The notes under the pieces: generated by a model
Seen by the model: the letters and a program-made list of their open reading frames with translations, nothing else
Databases searched by the model: none
What the model was told of the DNA's origin: nothing
Shown here: positions 11,257 through 23,905 of the stretch, one piece after another
Numbering within the stretch: position 1 is the first letter of the stretch
How the letters are laid out: every line of letters begins with the position of its first letter
Position numbers and translations under genes: made by a program
Assembly (NCBI RefSeq): GCF_000195855.1
Contig: NC_002677.1
Coordinates: 2,220,001-2,252,000 of the forward strand
Reading direction: 5' to 3'
Length of the DNA stretch: 32,000 nucleotides
DNA from: Mycobacterium leprae TN
GTDB lineage: Bacteria > Actinomycetota > Actinomycetes > Mycobacteriales > Mycobacteriaceae

Positions 11257-11655
11257 CTACCACACGTACGCGAGGACTTCGCCGCCCACACCCTGCCTGG
11301 CTGCCTGACGGTCGGTCAGCAGGCCTGAGGAGGTCGAGATGATGACCACGCCCAGACCGCCCAGCACACGCGGCAAGTTGATCGACTTCGCATACACCCG
11401 CAACCCCGGCTTGGACACCCGGCGCAAACCAGCGATGCTACGCTCCCGGCTGGGTCCGTACTTGAGTTGGATGATCAATGACTTGCCGACACGAGCGTCT
11501 TCGGTACGGAAGTCTCGGATGTATCCTTCGTTCTTAAGGATCTGGGCGATGTTGGCCTTGATATTGGAGTGCGGCACAGTCACTTCGTCGTGATACGCCG
11601 AATTGGCGTTGCGCAGACGTGTCAAAAAATCTGCGATCGGGTCCGTCATGGTCAT
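11257..11655 (-). CDS. rpsH: Ribosomal protein S8 (uS8)
   Basis: ORF 11257..11670; probable start [23 protein letters not shown] at 11655 (132 aa). C-terminus [11 protein letters not shown]. Confidence 0.97.
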   Translation of the reverse strand: MTMTDPIADFLTRLRNANSAYHDEVTVPHSNIKANIAQILKNEGYIRDFRTEDARVGKSLIIQLKYGPSRERSIAGLRRVSKPGLRVYAKSINLPRVLGGLGVVIISTSSGLLTDRQAARQGVGGEVLAYVW

Positions 11656-11737
11656 GACAGCTCCTGTCACCTTCCTCGCGGTGGTTCCCTGTGCTCAGGA
11701 CTGCCCGCGTTAGTCCTGTAGGCCATGTGTTGGGCCG

Positions 11738-11923
11738 TTACCAGCTGCTCTTCTGCACACCGGGCAACTCACCCGCATGCGCCATCTCGCGCAGGCAAAT
11801 CCTGCATAGCCCGAATTTGCGGAACACTGCACGCGGGCGACCGCACTTGCTGCAACGAGTGTAACCGCGCACCGTAAATTTTGGCTTGCGTGCGGCTTTG
11901 TTGACTAGTGCCTTCTTCGCCAT
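11738..11923 (-). CDS. rpsZ: Ribosomal protein S14 type Z (uS14, zinc-ribbon form)
   Basis: 61-aa ORF with [38 protein letters not shown] (CxxC...CxxC). Confidence 0.97.
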   Translation of the reverse strand: MAKKALVNKAARKPKFTVRGYTRCSKCGRPRAVFRKFGLCRICLREMAHAGELPGVQKSSW

Positions 11924-11928
11924 CTACT

Positions 11929-12492
11929 TCAGTTCTCCTTGAACGGAAAGCCGAGGGCCCGCAACAACGCTCGTCCTTCATCGTCGGTCGTCGCCGAGGT
12001 GACGACGTTGATGTCCATGCCGCGAACCCGGTCGATCTTGTCCACATCGATCTCGTGGAACACCGACTGCTCAGCCAGCCCGAAGGTGTAGTTACCGACA
12101 CCGTCGAACTGCTTAGGCGACAACCCACGGAAATCACGAATACGTGGCAGCGCGATCGACGTAAGCCGGTCCAGGAATTCCCACATCCGGTCGTCACGCA
12201 ACGTGACACGGACACCGATTGGCATGCCCTCGCGCAGCTTGAATTGCGCGATAGACTTCCGCGCCTTGCGAACCTCGGGTTTCTGCCCGGTGATCAGCGC
12301 CAAGTCACTGACTGCACCGTTGATTAGCTTGGCATCCCGGGCTGCGTCACCAACTCCCATGTTGACGACGACCTTCACCACGGTCGGGATCTGCATCACG
12401 TTGCCGTAGCTGAACTGCTTGTTCAGCGCCTCCCGAATCTCGCTGCGGTAGCGCTGTTTAAGGCGCGGCTGCACTTTTTCTGCGGTACTCAA
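11929..12492 (-). CDS. rplE: Ribosomal protein L5 (uL5)
   Basis: 187-aa ORF with [17 protein letters not shown]...[28 protein letters not shown]. Confidence 0.98.
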   Translation of the reverse strand: MSTAEKVQPRLKQRYRSEIREALNKQFSYGNVMQIPTVVKVVVNMGVGDAARDAKLINGAVSDLALITGQKPEVRKARKSIAQFKLREGMPIGVRVTLRDDRMWEFLDRLTSIALPRIRDFRGLSPKQFDGVGNYTFGLAEQSVFHEIDVDKIDRVRGMDINVVTSATTDDEGRALLRALGFPFKEN

Positions 12493-12810
12493 TCAGATAT
12501 CCTTGCCATTGCGCTTGGAAATACGAACTCGCTTGTCGGTCTCCTCGTCTACCCGGTAGCCGATGCGGGTGGGCTTGCCGTCTGAGTCAACCACCATCAC
12601 ATTGGAAACGTGGATCGGGGCCTCCTGGGTGACGATTCCTCCTGCTTGAGCTCCGCGCTGGTTGGCTGAAATCGCAGTATGCTTCTTGATCCGGTTGACC
12701 CCCTCAACCAGTACCCGGTTACGGGCCGGGTAGGCCTGCAACACTTTGCCTTTGGCGCCTTTGTCTTTCCCCGCGATAACCAGAACGGTATCGCCCTTGT
12801 GAACCTTCAT
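12493..12810 (-). CDS. rplX: Ribosomal protein L24 (uL24)
   Basis: 105-aa ORF: [44 protein letters not shown]. Confidence 0.98.
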   Translation of the reverse strand: MKVHKGDTVLVIAGKDKGAKGKVLQAYPARNRVLVEGVNRIKKHTAISANQRGAQAGGIVTQEAPIHVSNVMVVDSDGKPTRIGYRVDEETDKRVRISKRNGKDI

Positions 12811-13179
12811 CTACAGCACCTCCGGAGCCAGCGAGATGATCTTCATGAATCGTTTCTCACGAAGTTCGCGGCCGACCGGCCCGAAGATGCGAGTTCCGCG
12901 CGGATCGTTGTCAGGCTTGATGATCACAGCAGCGTTTTCATCGAACTTGATGTAGCTGCCGTCGGGACGCCTGCACTCTTTGGCGGTGCGTACCACGACG
13001 GCTTTGACGACATCTCCGCGTTTGACGTTGCCGCCAGGAATAGCGTCCTTGACGGTGCCGACGATGACATCACCAATGCTGGCGTAGCGTCGGGACGAGC
13101 CGCCGAGCACTCGTATGCACAAGATCTCCTTGGCGCCGGTGTTGTCGGCCACCTTCAGTCGCGATTCCTGCTGAATCAC
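12811..13179 (-). CDS. rplN: Ribosomal protein L14 (uL14)
   Basis: 122-aa ORF: [46 protein letters not shown]. Confidence 0.98.
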   Translation of the reverse strand: MIQQESRLKVADNTGAKEILCIRVLGGSSRRYASIGDVIVGTVKDAIPGGNVKRGDVVKAVVVRTAKECRRPDGSYIKFDENAAVIIKPDNDPRGTRIFGPVGRELREKRFMKIISLAPEVL

Positions 13180-14734
13180 TCGATCTCCTGACCTGGTTCA
13201 CAATATGCACGGCAGGAGGAACCCACAAAACCTGACGTGCGCGGTCTTTTGTCGCCGAAGGACCCGCGAAGCCAGCTTGCAGGCTCGCCGCTTACGCATG
13301 CCGGCCGCGGCCAGCACGAGGCAACCACTAGAGTTTAGGGGATGACCAACTCGGAGCCAAATTCTGACCACAGCCATCTAAAACGTCGCTGGGTTATCGG
13401 TTCCGGGTGGGCCGGTCGGAGGTAGCTCGAGCACTCAGCCCGCCGGACACAAGCCGTGTGGTTGTGTCGGCGTTCGGTGGCTATGCGATGGGCCCGGTCT
13501 TGCCCGCGAATACGGCGGCGTTGGGCACCAAAGCGCTCTGGTTGCCTCAGTAAAATTCAGTAAAGGACCGGCTTCGGTGCCAGCATACCGGCCGGTGGAC
13601 AGGCACAAACTCGGAAACAGCAGCGCGCTGCCCGACGCGGTGACGTCGGTTCTCTCCGATAGCGAGAGCAAAGTCGTCCTTCCGTCGGGCATCTACTGGC
13701 CACCACCAGCCCCAGAACGTCTTCACCAGATGGTGGGTTGCAGGCAAGAGCACTGCAAGTTGAACCCATGCGTTGGCCAGCCATCGGCGTACGCAATGGT
13801 GTAGTTGAGATCGCAGTTCAGACAGGCTGGCAACAGCTGTGCCAACGACACGTCAAATACTGGCAGAGCGCACAAAAGCTGCCAACGTCCTCAACGGCAC
13901 ATACCCCGGCTCGGGCGGAGCATCGGTCGGGTGGACCAACGACACCAACTTGGACCAACTTATAAACCAGCGCTGCAACGACGTCGAGTGCGATAAGCTC
14001 ATCAGCGTCCAATTGGGACGCCGGCGCCGAGCCGCCGCTCTCGATCATGACTTGCTCAGCAATCATTATGAATCACCACAGACGTTGAGGCAGGTCACTT
14101 CCCAGCCACACAGTCGTGCCGGCCGCAACAACACCCTAGCCGATCAGCACCGGACCCCACCAACGACGGGCCCAAACGTCAGCGCAGCAGCGCTGCTCAG
14201 GACCTCTTAGATCATACCCTCACACATCCATCGTGGCCGCCAACGCGGTCAACCGTTTAGCGAAGGCGTGCGCGTCGAGAGTCAACAGGCTGCTGTGGAT
14301 CCCCGAGACACCCTCTGCGCAATCCTCAAGCCACATCCCGCGATCGACCTGACACTGCGCACACCGCATCGGCCTTAGCCACGATTGGCCGGCCAGCCGA
14401 CCCCTGAGTCATCGACGACCAACGCGGCATCTTGACGACAGCCAGCTGTTCAGGACCAACAGCATCGTCTAGTAGCGCAACCGCACGGCGGGATCGGTGT
14501 TCACCAGGGCGGGCTTACGGTCCCACTGTGGCTCGTAGGTCAACAAGGTCGCCCGATCCAGCAAAATCGAACGCACTCCCGAAGAATCAAAAGCCCTTTC
14601 ACCGTTAGCCAGCTCCGCTGATTTGGCCAGAACGAGGACACCGATACCGATTGATTGCCAGAAGCCACCCCTTTTGCGATTTCTGCGGCGAAACCGCGGT
14701 GTACACCGATCGCGTCCGCCAGCTCAGTCCAGCA

Positions 14735-15610
14735 GAATCCAAGATCCGCCACGCAGCGAAATCCGATGTGAGTGGTAGCGGTATCCTATGACTGTGACAA
14801 CCGCGCAGCAAGTCGGTACCGGTATCAGTATTCCGGTGCGCACAAATACGAACCACCCTTTAACGTTTGACCGATACCGGAATCCATGAAGCCACGGTAA
14901 ACAACAGGCTTTTAGGCCGATGGTGCGCGTAACATTCGGTGGTGGTCCACTCCCACACGTTGCCGATCATGTCCACCAACCCGAAAGGGTTGGCCAGGAA
15001 AGCCCCACGGTGAGGTTCCCATCCAGCCGAGCATACCGTCGTTCTGACACAGGAACCTACCCTGCCAGGTGTTAGCCATCAGTTGACCGTCTGACCCGGC
15101 CTCGTCACTCCCCACGATTAGGTAGTCGCACTCCCGGCGCGGGCGGCATACTCCCACTCGTCCTCGGTCAGCCAACGCCACCCGGTTCATCGCGCGTACG
15201 CCGTGGAGTCGGGGTATGCCACCTGGCCAACTGGGTGATGGCGCGGGCGACGGCGCGACCGCTGGAGGGCTATCTGGACTCTCCGGGTGATCCGAACCAA
15301 ACGGATGACACCAGTTAGCACCCAACACCCATACTCCCACCACTGCAGCCAGTCGAGCAGGTCTACCAGGGCCGATGTCGGGCGGAAAACCATGGCACCA
15401 ACACGCAGCTCATCGGATACTATTCCGGAGCACAGCGCCGCATCGATCGGCTACTTAACGAATTCGGCGAACTGCGTATTCGTAACGGGGTGCCACTCCA
15501 CCGCGAAAGAACCTACGGTCACAGTATGTACCGGCACCTCTTCGGGGTAAAAACTCGTCGAGCCCATGCGAGAATGATCCGGCCGGCAGCTCGATCAACT
15601 CGGTGAGCAC
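14735..15610 (-). pseudogene. Decayed formylglycine-generating enzyme (sulfatase-modifying factor)
   Basis: N-term VLTELIELPAGSFSHG / STSFYPEEVPVHTVTVGSFAVEWHPVTNTQFAEFVK*; middle MVFRPTSALVDLLDWLQWWE, VAYPDSTAYAR, LMANTWQGRFLCQNDGMLGWMGTSP; C-term [36 protein letters not shown]. Frameshifts and stops throughout. Confidence 0.88.
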
Positions 15611-15649
15611 GACTTAACAAGTAGGACGACCGCAGAGTACCGTAGCACG

Positions 15650-17472
15650 CCGCTTTTCAGCGCGCTTCAGTCCCGACCCCGGAACCACACCACGATTAAC
15701 AGTCTCATCGCCACCACCAATCAAAACACAACAGCTTGGTCTATCTACGAGCCCGACAGGGTAGAGCCCGGAAAGAAATTGTTCAGCGGGACGATGGCGA
15801 ACGGGACCACAGTGTACCACGTTGCGAACTGCGGAAAAAAATTCTTCCTGCCCAATGCCATTAGAATGGGCATCACCAGCACCAGAGTAGGCAGACTGAC
15901 GAGGACCAGGCAGATTCCCAGATCGAAAAGCAATGACCCCTTGGCTCTCTGCAAGGTGACGATCACATCGTCAGAATCATTTGAGGCTTCGCTGACTCTG
16001 CGCTCGGTGTAAACAGCCCAACCGTACAACGATCCGGCTACTTCGACCCGAGCATCTACGTATCACCCCACTCCCAACCAACACGTCAAATGTCGCAGAC
16101 GTTAACGTAGTTGTTGCGGATCTTCCCACGCGCCACAATACCATTAGACCACGAGATGACTGTCGGCCGGACGATACCACCCTCATGCGACACGTAACAC
16201 TTATACTCCTTGTGGGGTTGTAGGGCGTCTTGGAAGGCCATCGCTCCACCCAATCAGGTAATGGGTTCTAGGTCTCGGGCCCACCAAGCCGGTTAAGAAA
16301 CTCCAGGCTCTCTTCCACGGTGTCGATGTAGCCGTTGAAGAACTTGCTCTCGTTGACCAATCCACTTTGCCGACTCTCATCTCTGGCTCCGTTGCCAGAG
16401 ATCACCACGATGATGGTATCCAGCGGATCAAATTACTCCAGCTAGTCTAGTATCCAACCGATCTGCGCATCGGTGTAGCTCAAAAAAACCGGCTAACACC
16501 TCAGCCATCCGGCTGAACAACTTCTTCGCTTCATCGCTGAGCGAGTTCCACGGACGCACCGTGTCCCGAAATGGCCACGGCAAACCGTCCGGTCCCTTCA
16601 AGCACTCCCTTCAAGCACTGGAGGGGTGACCGGCAACAGCTTGGTATCCAGCGGCACGACGATGTCCATCGACTTCTGCTTGTCCAGCACAACCTCACGG
16701 TAACGCTCGTAGCCATGTTTTAAAGCGGCTGGCGTACTTATCAGGCCATTCTTTGAAGACGCGATGCGGCGCATGCCCGGCGCCCGGGCAAACATAGCTA
16801 AACCACGGTTTTAGTCAACGTGATCATTGGCATCACGGATGAATTCAATCGTTTTATCAGCAATATCCTTTGGACTTTCGGACAGGCAATAGCCGCCGCC
16901 GGAAGTGGCCGGTGATGTCATCAGGTCAGTATCGGTACACCCAGCCGGTATACCACTGATCGGTTTCCCGCCCATAACCACGTACAATCGTGCGAAGTCG
17001 GCCAGTGCCGCTCGGTCGATGCCAGATTGGACTCTTCCAGCGGTGCCAGATGCCATTTGTCAACACAGTAGGTGTTGTAACCACGTTCGGCGAGCACCTA
17101 TGAGATCAGCGTGGTGTCTCCCGGGATCCGTGCGTTGCAGTTAGGGAAAACGGCGGTGCATTCTTCGATGGTGACCCGGCCCACGGTAGTGGCGTTGCGA
17201 CCAGTCAGCAGGGCAGCCCTGGTCGTTTAGCACAGCGCGGGCGGTGTGAAACTGCAACAGCCGCACACCGCCGTTTGGCAATCAGCATTATTGCGGGCAT
17301 CTCAACCAGGGGCCCCCGAAGCAGTCCCAGGTCGCGACACCAGTGTCATCCCAGAGCAGAGTAAAGGATGTTTAGCGAATTCTCCGGTGTCCTCGGCACT
17401 GCGCACGGGCGGAGCCCAATCTGGCTCCGAATCACAGATGTCCAGATCGATCTGGCCGTTAAATTCCGCCAT
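15650..17472 (-). pseudogene. atsA: Decayed arylsulfatase (atsA); left boundary uncertain
   Basis: N-term MAEFNGQIDLDICDSEPDWAP (start 17472), LSESPKDIADKTIEFIRDAND, YERYREVVLDKQKSMDIVVPLDTKLLPVTP. Many frame interruptions; adjacent to an FGE relic. Confidence 0.8.
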
Positions 17473-18248
17473 CGTCAGCCTCGCTCTCGTTGTGAACTTA
17501 CCTGCCAAGCGCGACGTGAAGACTACACCTGAACATGGCGGTAGTCCGGGCATCGAGGCCTCGGCCTGATCACATAACGTCGCCAACCAGCTAGCGGCCG
17601 CACCATACGACATACATAGAGATCTGTGGCGTCCCACCACGTTGACGGACGGCGAGACATCAGACCGCCATCGACGTCCTCGGTGTCGTCATGGCGTGCC
17701 ACCGAGTTCCAAAAACAGCTACCGCAATACCCGCAGCTCCATCCGGGCCAGGGTTAGGCTTTCGGGCGATCTAGAATTCGGTGGTGCAGTTTAACACGCT
17801 GACGTCGCAGTTGGCCGAGCCCGCCCACCGATCGCGATGGATCTCAAACAGTGGAGCTCATATCGTTCCAACATCGCGCTGATGTGCACGTGGCCGCCTC
17901 CGGATACACATCACACGCTGGTCTATTAAGGCCACCGTGGCACTGTCGGCATTTGCCGATTCAGACGGGACACACCGCGGATAGCAGGCCTGGACGAGAA
18001 GAAATTGCTCAGCGGGAATCTGTCCGCGTGTATAAATCAAATCCCCACCGGCGAGTCAGGAGCACAAGCTAGTGCTCGGCGCTACCGGGTGTGCGCCGAA
18101 AGTTCAAAACTCAAGCCACCTGACAATAGGTTCACTCAGTGATCTCATCAAGGCAGAGAATGAGAAACGAGTAGCCTAGTTATCATTCTAGGAACAAAAA
18201 CTCGGTGGGACATTGGAATCTTACCTCCCGAAAGGGTGAATGATGTTA

Positions 18249-18272
18249 GCATGCATACAAATATATGCATGC
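18249..18272. repeat. Short perfect inverted repeat, 9-bp arms and 6-nt loop (GCATGCATA-CAAATA-TATGCATGC)
   Basis: Read directly at 18249-18272, about 77 nt past the rpsQ stop codon on the minus strand. Confidence 0.7.
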
Positions 18273-18348
18273 AGAAACGTGTTGTCCAACAGGCAGGGCC
18301 AGCGACCACAAGACACATTAAGTCGACCCCGCTGTTAACGAACAGACC

Positions 18349-18732
18349 CTACTTGGCCTTTTCGAGGATCTCCACCAGCCGCCACCGTTTGGTCGCCGAT
18401 AGAGGCCGCGTCTCCATCAGCGAAACACGATCACCAATGCCCGCAACGCTGTTCTCGTCGTGCGCCTTGACCTTCTTGGTGGTACGAATGATCTTGCCGT
18501 ACAAGGGATGGCGCATGCGGTCTTCCAGTTCAACCACAATGGTCTTCTGCATCTTGTCGCTCACTACATAGCCAATGCGCATTTTACGTCCCCCACGTAC
18601 CTTCGGAATACTCGGAGTGTGCTTGGGACCCTTGTCTTTTGATACGCCACCCTTGACAGCTCCTCCCTTAGGAGCGGCTGTGGTTGCCGAGGGCGCTGCC
18701 TTAGCGCTGGTCTTAGCTTCTGCTGCCATCAT
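18349..18732 (-). CDS. rpsQ: Ribosomal protein S17 (uS17) with N-terminal Ala/Lys-rich extension
   Basis: 127-aa ORF. The S17 core starts near [45 protein letters not shown]. Confidence 0.97.
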
Positions 18733-18974
18733 GATTCCTCACCATTAGCACCACCGGGTCCAGAGGCTAGACCCAATTCCCGTTCACGCAGCACGGTGTA
18801 AACACGCGCGATCTCATGACGAACCGTACGTAGCCGTCGGTTGTTGTTGAGCTGGCCTGTCGCCATTTGGAAACGCAGATTGAATAACTCTTCCTTGGAT
18901 TCGCGCAGTCGCTCAATCAGCTCCTCGTCGGTGAGCTCACGCAGTTCGCCAGGGGAAATTCCCACTGCCATCAA
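18729..18974 (-). CDS. rpmC: Ribosomal protein L29 (uL29)
   Basis: 81-aa ORF: ...[60 protein letters not shown]. 4-bp overlap with rpsQ. Confidence 0.97.
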
Positions 18975-19387
18975 AACTGCTCCTCTCGGGTTACGATGCG
19001 TGCTTTGATCGGCAACTTGTGGATTGCGCGGGTGAGTGCGGCCCGGGCAGTCTGCTCATTCGGGTAGCTGAGCTCAAACAGCACTCGACCCGGCTTGACG
19101 TTGACCACCCACCACTCCGGTGAGCCTTTACCCGAACCCATTCGGGTCTCAGCAGGTTTTTTGGTCAGCGGGCGATCCGGGAAGATGTTGATCCACACCT
19201 TGCCACCACGCTTGATGTGTCGGTTGATGGCGATACGAGCGGACTCGATCTGGCGGTTGGTGACGTAGGCGTGCTCGAGGGCCTGGATACCGTAATCACC
19301 GAAATTCACCTTTGTGCCGCCACTAGCGATGCCGCGCTGGCGCGGATGGTGCTGCTTACGATGCTTGACTTTCCGGGGAATCAACAT
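18971..19387 (-). CDS. rplP: Ribosomal protein L16 (uL16)
   Basis: 138-aa ORF: [62 protein letters not shown]. Confidence 0.98.
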   Translation of the reverse strand: MLIPRKVKHRKQHHPRQRGIASGGTKVNFGDYGIQALEHAYVTNRQIESARIAINRHIKRGGKVWINIFPDRPLTKKPAETRMGSGKGSPEWWVVNVKPGRVLFELSYPNEQTARAALTRAIHKLPIKARIVTREEQF

Positions 19388-19390
19388 GAT

Positions 19391-20759
<1,369 letters not shown>

Positions 20760-20763
<4 letters not shown>

Positions 20764-21041
20764 CGTCGTTTGGCCTTCCGGTCATCCTTGATGTGTCCCT
20801 TGAAGGTGCGAGTCGGCGCGAATTCGCCAAGTTTGTGACCCACCATTGCCTCGGTAACGAAAACCGGAACATGCTTGCGTCCGTCATGGACCGCAAAGGT
20901 ATGACCAATGAAGTCCGGAATAATCGTTGACCGGCGCGACCAGGTCTTGATGACCTGCTTGGTGTTCTTTTCGTTCTGAACGTCGACCTTCTTGAGCAGG
21001 TGGTCGTCAACGAACGGACCCTTTTTCAAGCTGCGAGGCAT
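20760..21041 (-). CDS. rpsS: Ribosomal protein S19 (uS19)
   Basis: 93-aa ORF: [61 protein letters not shown]. Confidence 0.98.
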
Positions 21042-21064
21042 AGTTTGGCTACTCCTAAAACGTA

Positions 21065-21907
21065 CTAGCGCGCGTGCTTTTTGCCGGTGCGCCGTCGGCG
21101 GACGATCAGTTTGTTGCTCGATTTGTTCGGCTTGCGGGTGCGGCCCTCAGGCTTGCCCCACGGACTGACCGGGTGACGCCCACCCGAGGTCTTACCCTCA
21201 CCACCGCCGTGAGGGTGGTCTACTGGGTTCATGACGACACCACGAACAGACGGACGCTTACCTTTCCAACGCATACGACCGGCTTTGCCCCAGTTGATGT
21301 TTGCCTGCTCGGCATTGCCCACCTCACCGACCGTCGCGCGGCAGCGCACATCGACCCGCCGGATCTCACCACTGGGCATACGCAACGAGGCGTAGCTGGA
21401 TTCCTTGCCGAGCAACTGGATGCTCGACCCGGCCGATCGTGCGAGCTTGGCACCACCGCCCGGCCGGAGCTCCACGGCATGGATCAAGGTACCGGCAGGA
21501 ATATTGCGCAACGGGAGGTTGTTACCTGGCTTGATGTCAGCGTTAGCACCCGACTCCACCACGTCACCCTGCGAAAGTCCTTGCGGAGCAAGGATGTATC
21601 GCTTCTTGCCATCCAAGAAGTGCAGTAACGCGATGTTCGCTGTGCGGTTCGGATCATATTCAATGTGCGCGACCTTGGCGTTGACACCGTCTGTGTCGTT
21701 GCGGCGGAAATCGATCAACCGGTAGGCGCGCTTATGGCCACCGCCCTTGTGGCGAGTGGTGATCCGGCCGTGGACGTTGCGCCCACCATGGCCGTGCAGC
21801 GAACGCATCAACGCCTTCTCCGGCTTCGTACGAGTGATGTCGGTGAAATCAGACACACTGGCGCCACGACGACCGGAAGTCGTCGGCTTGTACTTGCGAA
21901 TTGCCAT
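21065..21907 (-). CDS. rplB: Ribosomal protein L2 (uL2)
   Basis: 280-aa ORF: [21 protein letters not shown]...[39 protein letters not shown]. Confidence 0.99.
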
Positions 21908-21936
21908 GTCTAATCAGGTCCTTCTCTCGCGTGCTG

Positions 21937-22239
21937 CTAAGCTGGTGTTCCGAACAGGTCAATCGACTTGCTGCCCGGCGCCAGGGTGACGATGGCACGC
22001 TTAGTGTTCTTGCGCCTACCGAATCCAGTCCTGGTGCGCTTGCACTTACCCTTCCTATTAGAGGTATTTACCGATGCGACCTTGACTGAGAAAATCTTCT
22101 CGATAGCGATCTTGATCTGCGTCTTGTTCGAATCGGGATGCACCACGAATGTGTACACATTGTCGTCCAGCAGCCCATAAGACTTCTCCGAAATGACCGG
22201 GGCCAGGATGATGTCGCGGGAGTCAGCGATAGTTGCCAT
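21937..22239 (-). CDS. rplW: Ribosomal protein L23 (uL23)
   Basis: 100-aa ORF: ...[57 protein letters not shown]. Confidence 0.98.
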   Translation of the reverse strand: MATIADSRDIILAPVISEKSYGLLDDNVYTFVVHPDSNKTQIKIAIEKIFSVKVASVNTSNRKGKCKRTRTGFGRRKNTKRAIVTLAPGSKSIDLFGTPA

Positions 22240-22934
22240 CAGGCCGAAACCTTCTCGGGTGTAGAAGTGCCGGCTGCTTGCTGAGCGGCGATATAGCTGT
22301 TGAGCGCCTCAACGCTGAACACCAAGTCGTCGGCGCGCAGCACGTCATAGGTGTTGAGCTGGTCGGGCGACAGGAGATGCACACCGGGCAGGTTGCGCAC
22401 GCTTTTCGCACCAGTCTCGTCGCTACGGCCGATGACTACTAACACCTGCTTGCGATCTGTCAGTGTGCCCAGGAATTCCTTGGCGCTCTTAGTAGACGGA
22501 GTCTTACCCACCACTAGTTCGGTGACTGCGTGTATGCGGCCGTTGCGTGCCCGGTCGGATAACGCCCCGCGCAACGCCGCGGCGATCATCTTCTTGGGTG
22601 TGCGTTGACTGTAGTCGCGCAATTTAGGACCGTGCACAATACCGCCACCGGTGAACTGCGGGGCCCGCATCGACCCCTGCCGAGCGCGACCGGTCCCCTT
22701 CTGCCGATAAGGCTTGCGACCACCACCACTGACATCGCCGCGCGTCTTGGTTGAGTGCGTACCCTGCCGAGCCGCTGCCCGCTGAGCGGTGACCACCTGG
22801 TGCATTAACGCAATATTCGCGGGTGCGTCGAACAGCTCAGCCGGCAGCTCGATGGTGCCGTCGACTTTGCCGTCTGGTGTCTTGACATCGATTTTCCGGA
22901 TATTGGAACCGTTCTCAACCTTGGCTGCCATCAT
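22239..22934 (-). CDS. rplD: Ribosomal protein L4 (uL4)
   Basis: 231-aa ORF with [59 protein letters not shown]. Confidence 0.98.
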   Translation of the reverse strand: MMAAKVENGSNIRKIDVKTPDGKVDGTIELPAELFDAPANIALMHQVVTAQRAAARQGTHSTKTRGDVSGGGRKPYRQKGTGRARQGSMRAPQFTGGGIVHGPKLRDYSQRTPKKMIAAALRGALSDRARNGRIHAVTELVVGKTPSTKSAKEFLGTLTDRKQVLVVIGRSDETGAKSVRNLPGVHLLSPDQLNTYDVLRADDLVFSVEALNSYIAAQQAAGTSTPEKVSA

Positions 22935-23587
22935 TTCTCACCTCGTTTGATCGCGCTGCGGACCATGACGAGCCCACCCGTGCGGCCGGGGACGGCACCC
23001 TTGATCAGCAGCACGCCGTTCTCGGTATCAACCTTGTGCACCAACAAGTTCTGGACCGTCACCCTGTCGTTACCCATGCGGCCAGCCATCCGGGTGCCCT
23101 TAAATACTCGGGCAGGAGTAGCGCAACCGCCGATCGAACCCGGACGGCGGTGTACTGCCTGGGCACCGTGACTGGCGCCCTGCCCACGGAAGCCGTGCCG
23201 CTTCATAGTGCCGGAGAAGCCCTTGCCCTTGGAGGTCCCGGTCACGTCGACGTACGTGGCATCGGCGAAGATCTCCGCCGTCAGTTCTTGGCCGACCTCG
23301 TACTCAGCCGCCGCGTCCGGGTGGTCCAGACGTAGTTCAGCCAAGTAACGACGCGGGTTCACCCCCGCAGAGTTGTACTGGCCTGTCACCGGCTTGTTGA
23401 CCTTCCGCGGGCTGATTTCGCCGTAGGCCAGCTGTACAGCACTATAGCCATCGCGCTCCAGTGTGCGGATGCGAGTCACCACGTTCGGGCCGGCCTTGAC
23501 CACAGTCACCGGTACCACTCTGTTGTTTTCGTCGAATACCTGCGTCATGCCCAGCTTGGTACCAAGAATGCCCTTTCGCGCCATCAC
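22931..23587 (-). CDS. rplC: Ribosomal protein L3 (uL3)
   Basis: 218-aa ORF: ...[38 protein letters not shown]...[25 protein letters not shown]. Confidence 0.98.
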   Translation of the reverse strand: MMARKGILGTKLGMTQVFDENNRVVPVTVVKAGPNVVTRIRTLERDGYSAVQLAYGEISPRKVNKPVTGQYNSAGVNPRRYLAELRLDHPDAAAEYEVGQELTAEIFADATYVDVTGTSKGKGFSGTMKRHGFRGQGASHGAQAVHRRPGSIGGCATPARVFKGTRMAGRMGNDRVTVQNLLVHKVDTENGVLLIKGAVPGRTGGLVMVRSAIKRGEK

Positions 23588-23599
23588 TCTGCAACCTCA

Positions 23600-23905
23600 C
23601 TACTGGATGTTGACATCGACACTGGCCGGAAGATCGATACGCATGAGGGCGTCAACCGTCTTCGGTGTTGGATCAAGGATGTCTATCAGCCGCTTGTGGG
23701 TGCGCATTTCGAAGTGCTCTCGCGAATCCTTGTACTTGTGCGGCGAGCGGATGACGCAGTACACATTCTTCTCAGTCGGCAGTGGCACCGGACCTACGAC
23801 GTTGGCACCGGTGCGTACGACGGTCTCGACGATTTTGCGAGCCGAGGCGTCAATCGCCTCATGGTCGTAGGCCTTGAGCCTGATGCGGATCTTCTGTCCC
23901 GCCAC
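23600..23905 (-). CDS. rpsJ: Ribosomal protein S10 / NusE (uS10)
   Basis: 101-aa ORF with GTG start: [79 protein letters not shown]-like GAGGTAGGA upstream. Confidence 0.98.
   Translation of the reverse strand: MAGQKIRIRLKAYDHEAIDASARKIVETVVRTGANVVGPVPLPTEKNVYCVIRSPHKYKDSREHFEMRTHKRLIDILDPTPKTVDALMRIDLPASVDVNIQ

Noticed and set aside
14540-14752. Minus-strand ORF MADLGFCWTELADAIGVHRGFAAE..., which looked briefly like a cyanase N-terminal domain (LTWxxLADAIG)
   Set aside because: Its start is the end of the FGE relic (...[17 protein letters not shown]), and the downstream sequence shows no cyanase catalytic block.
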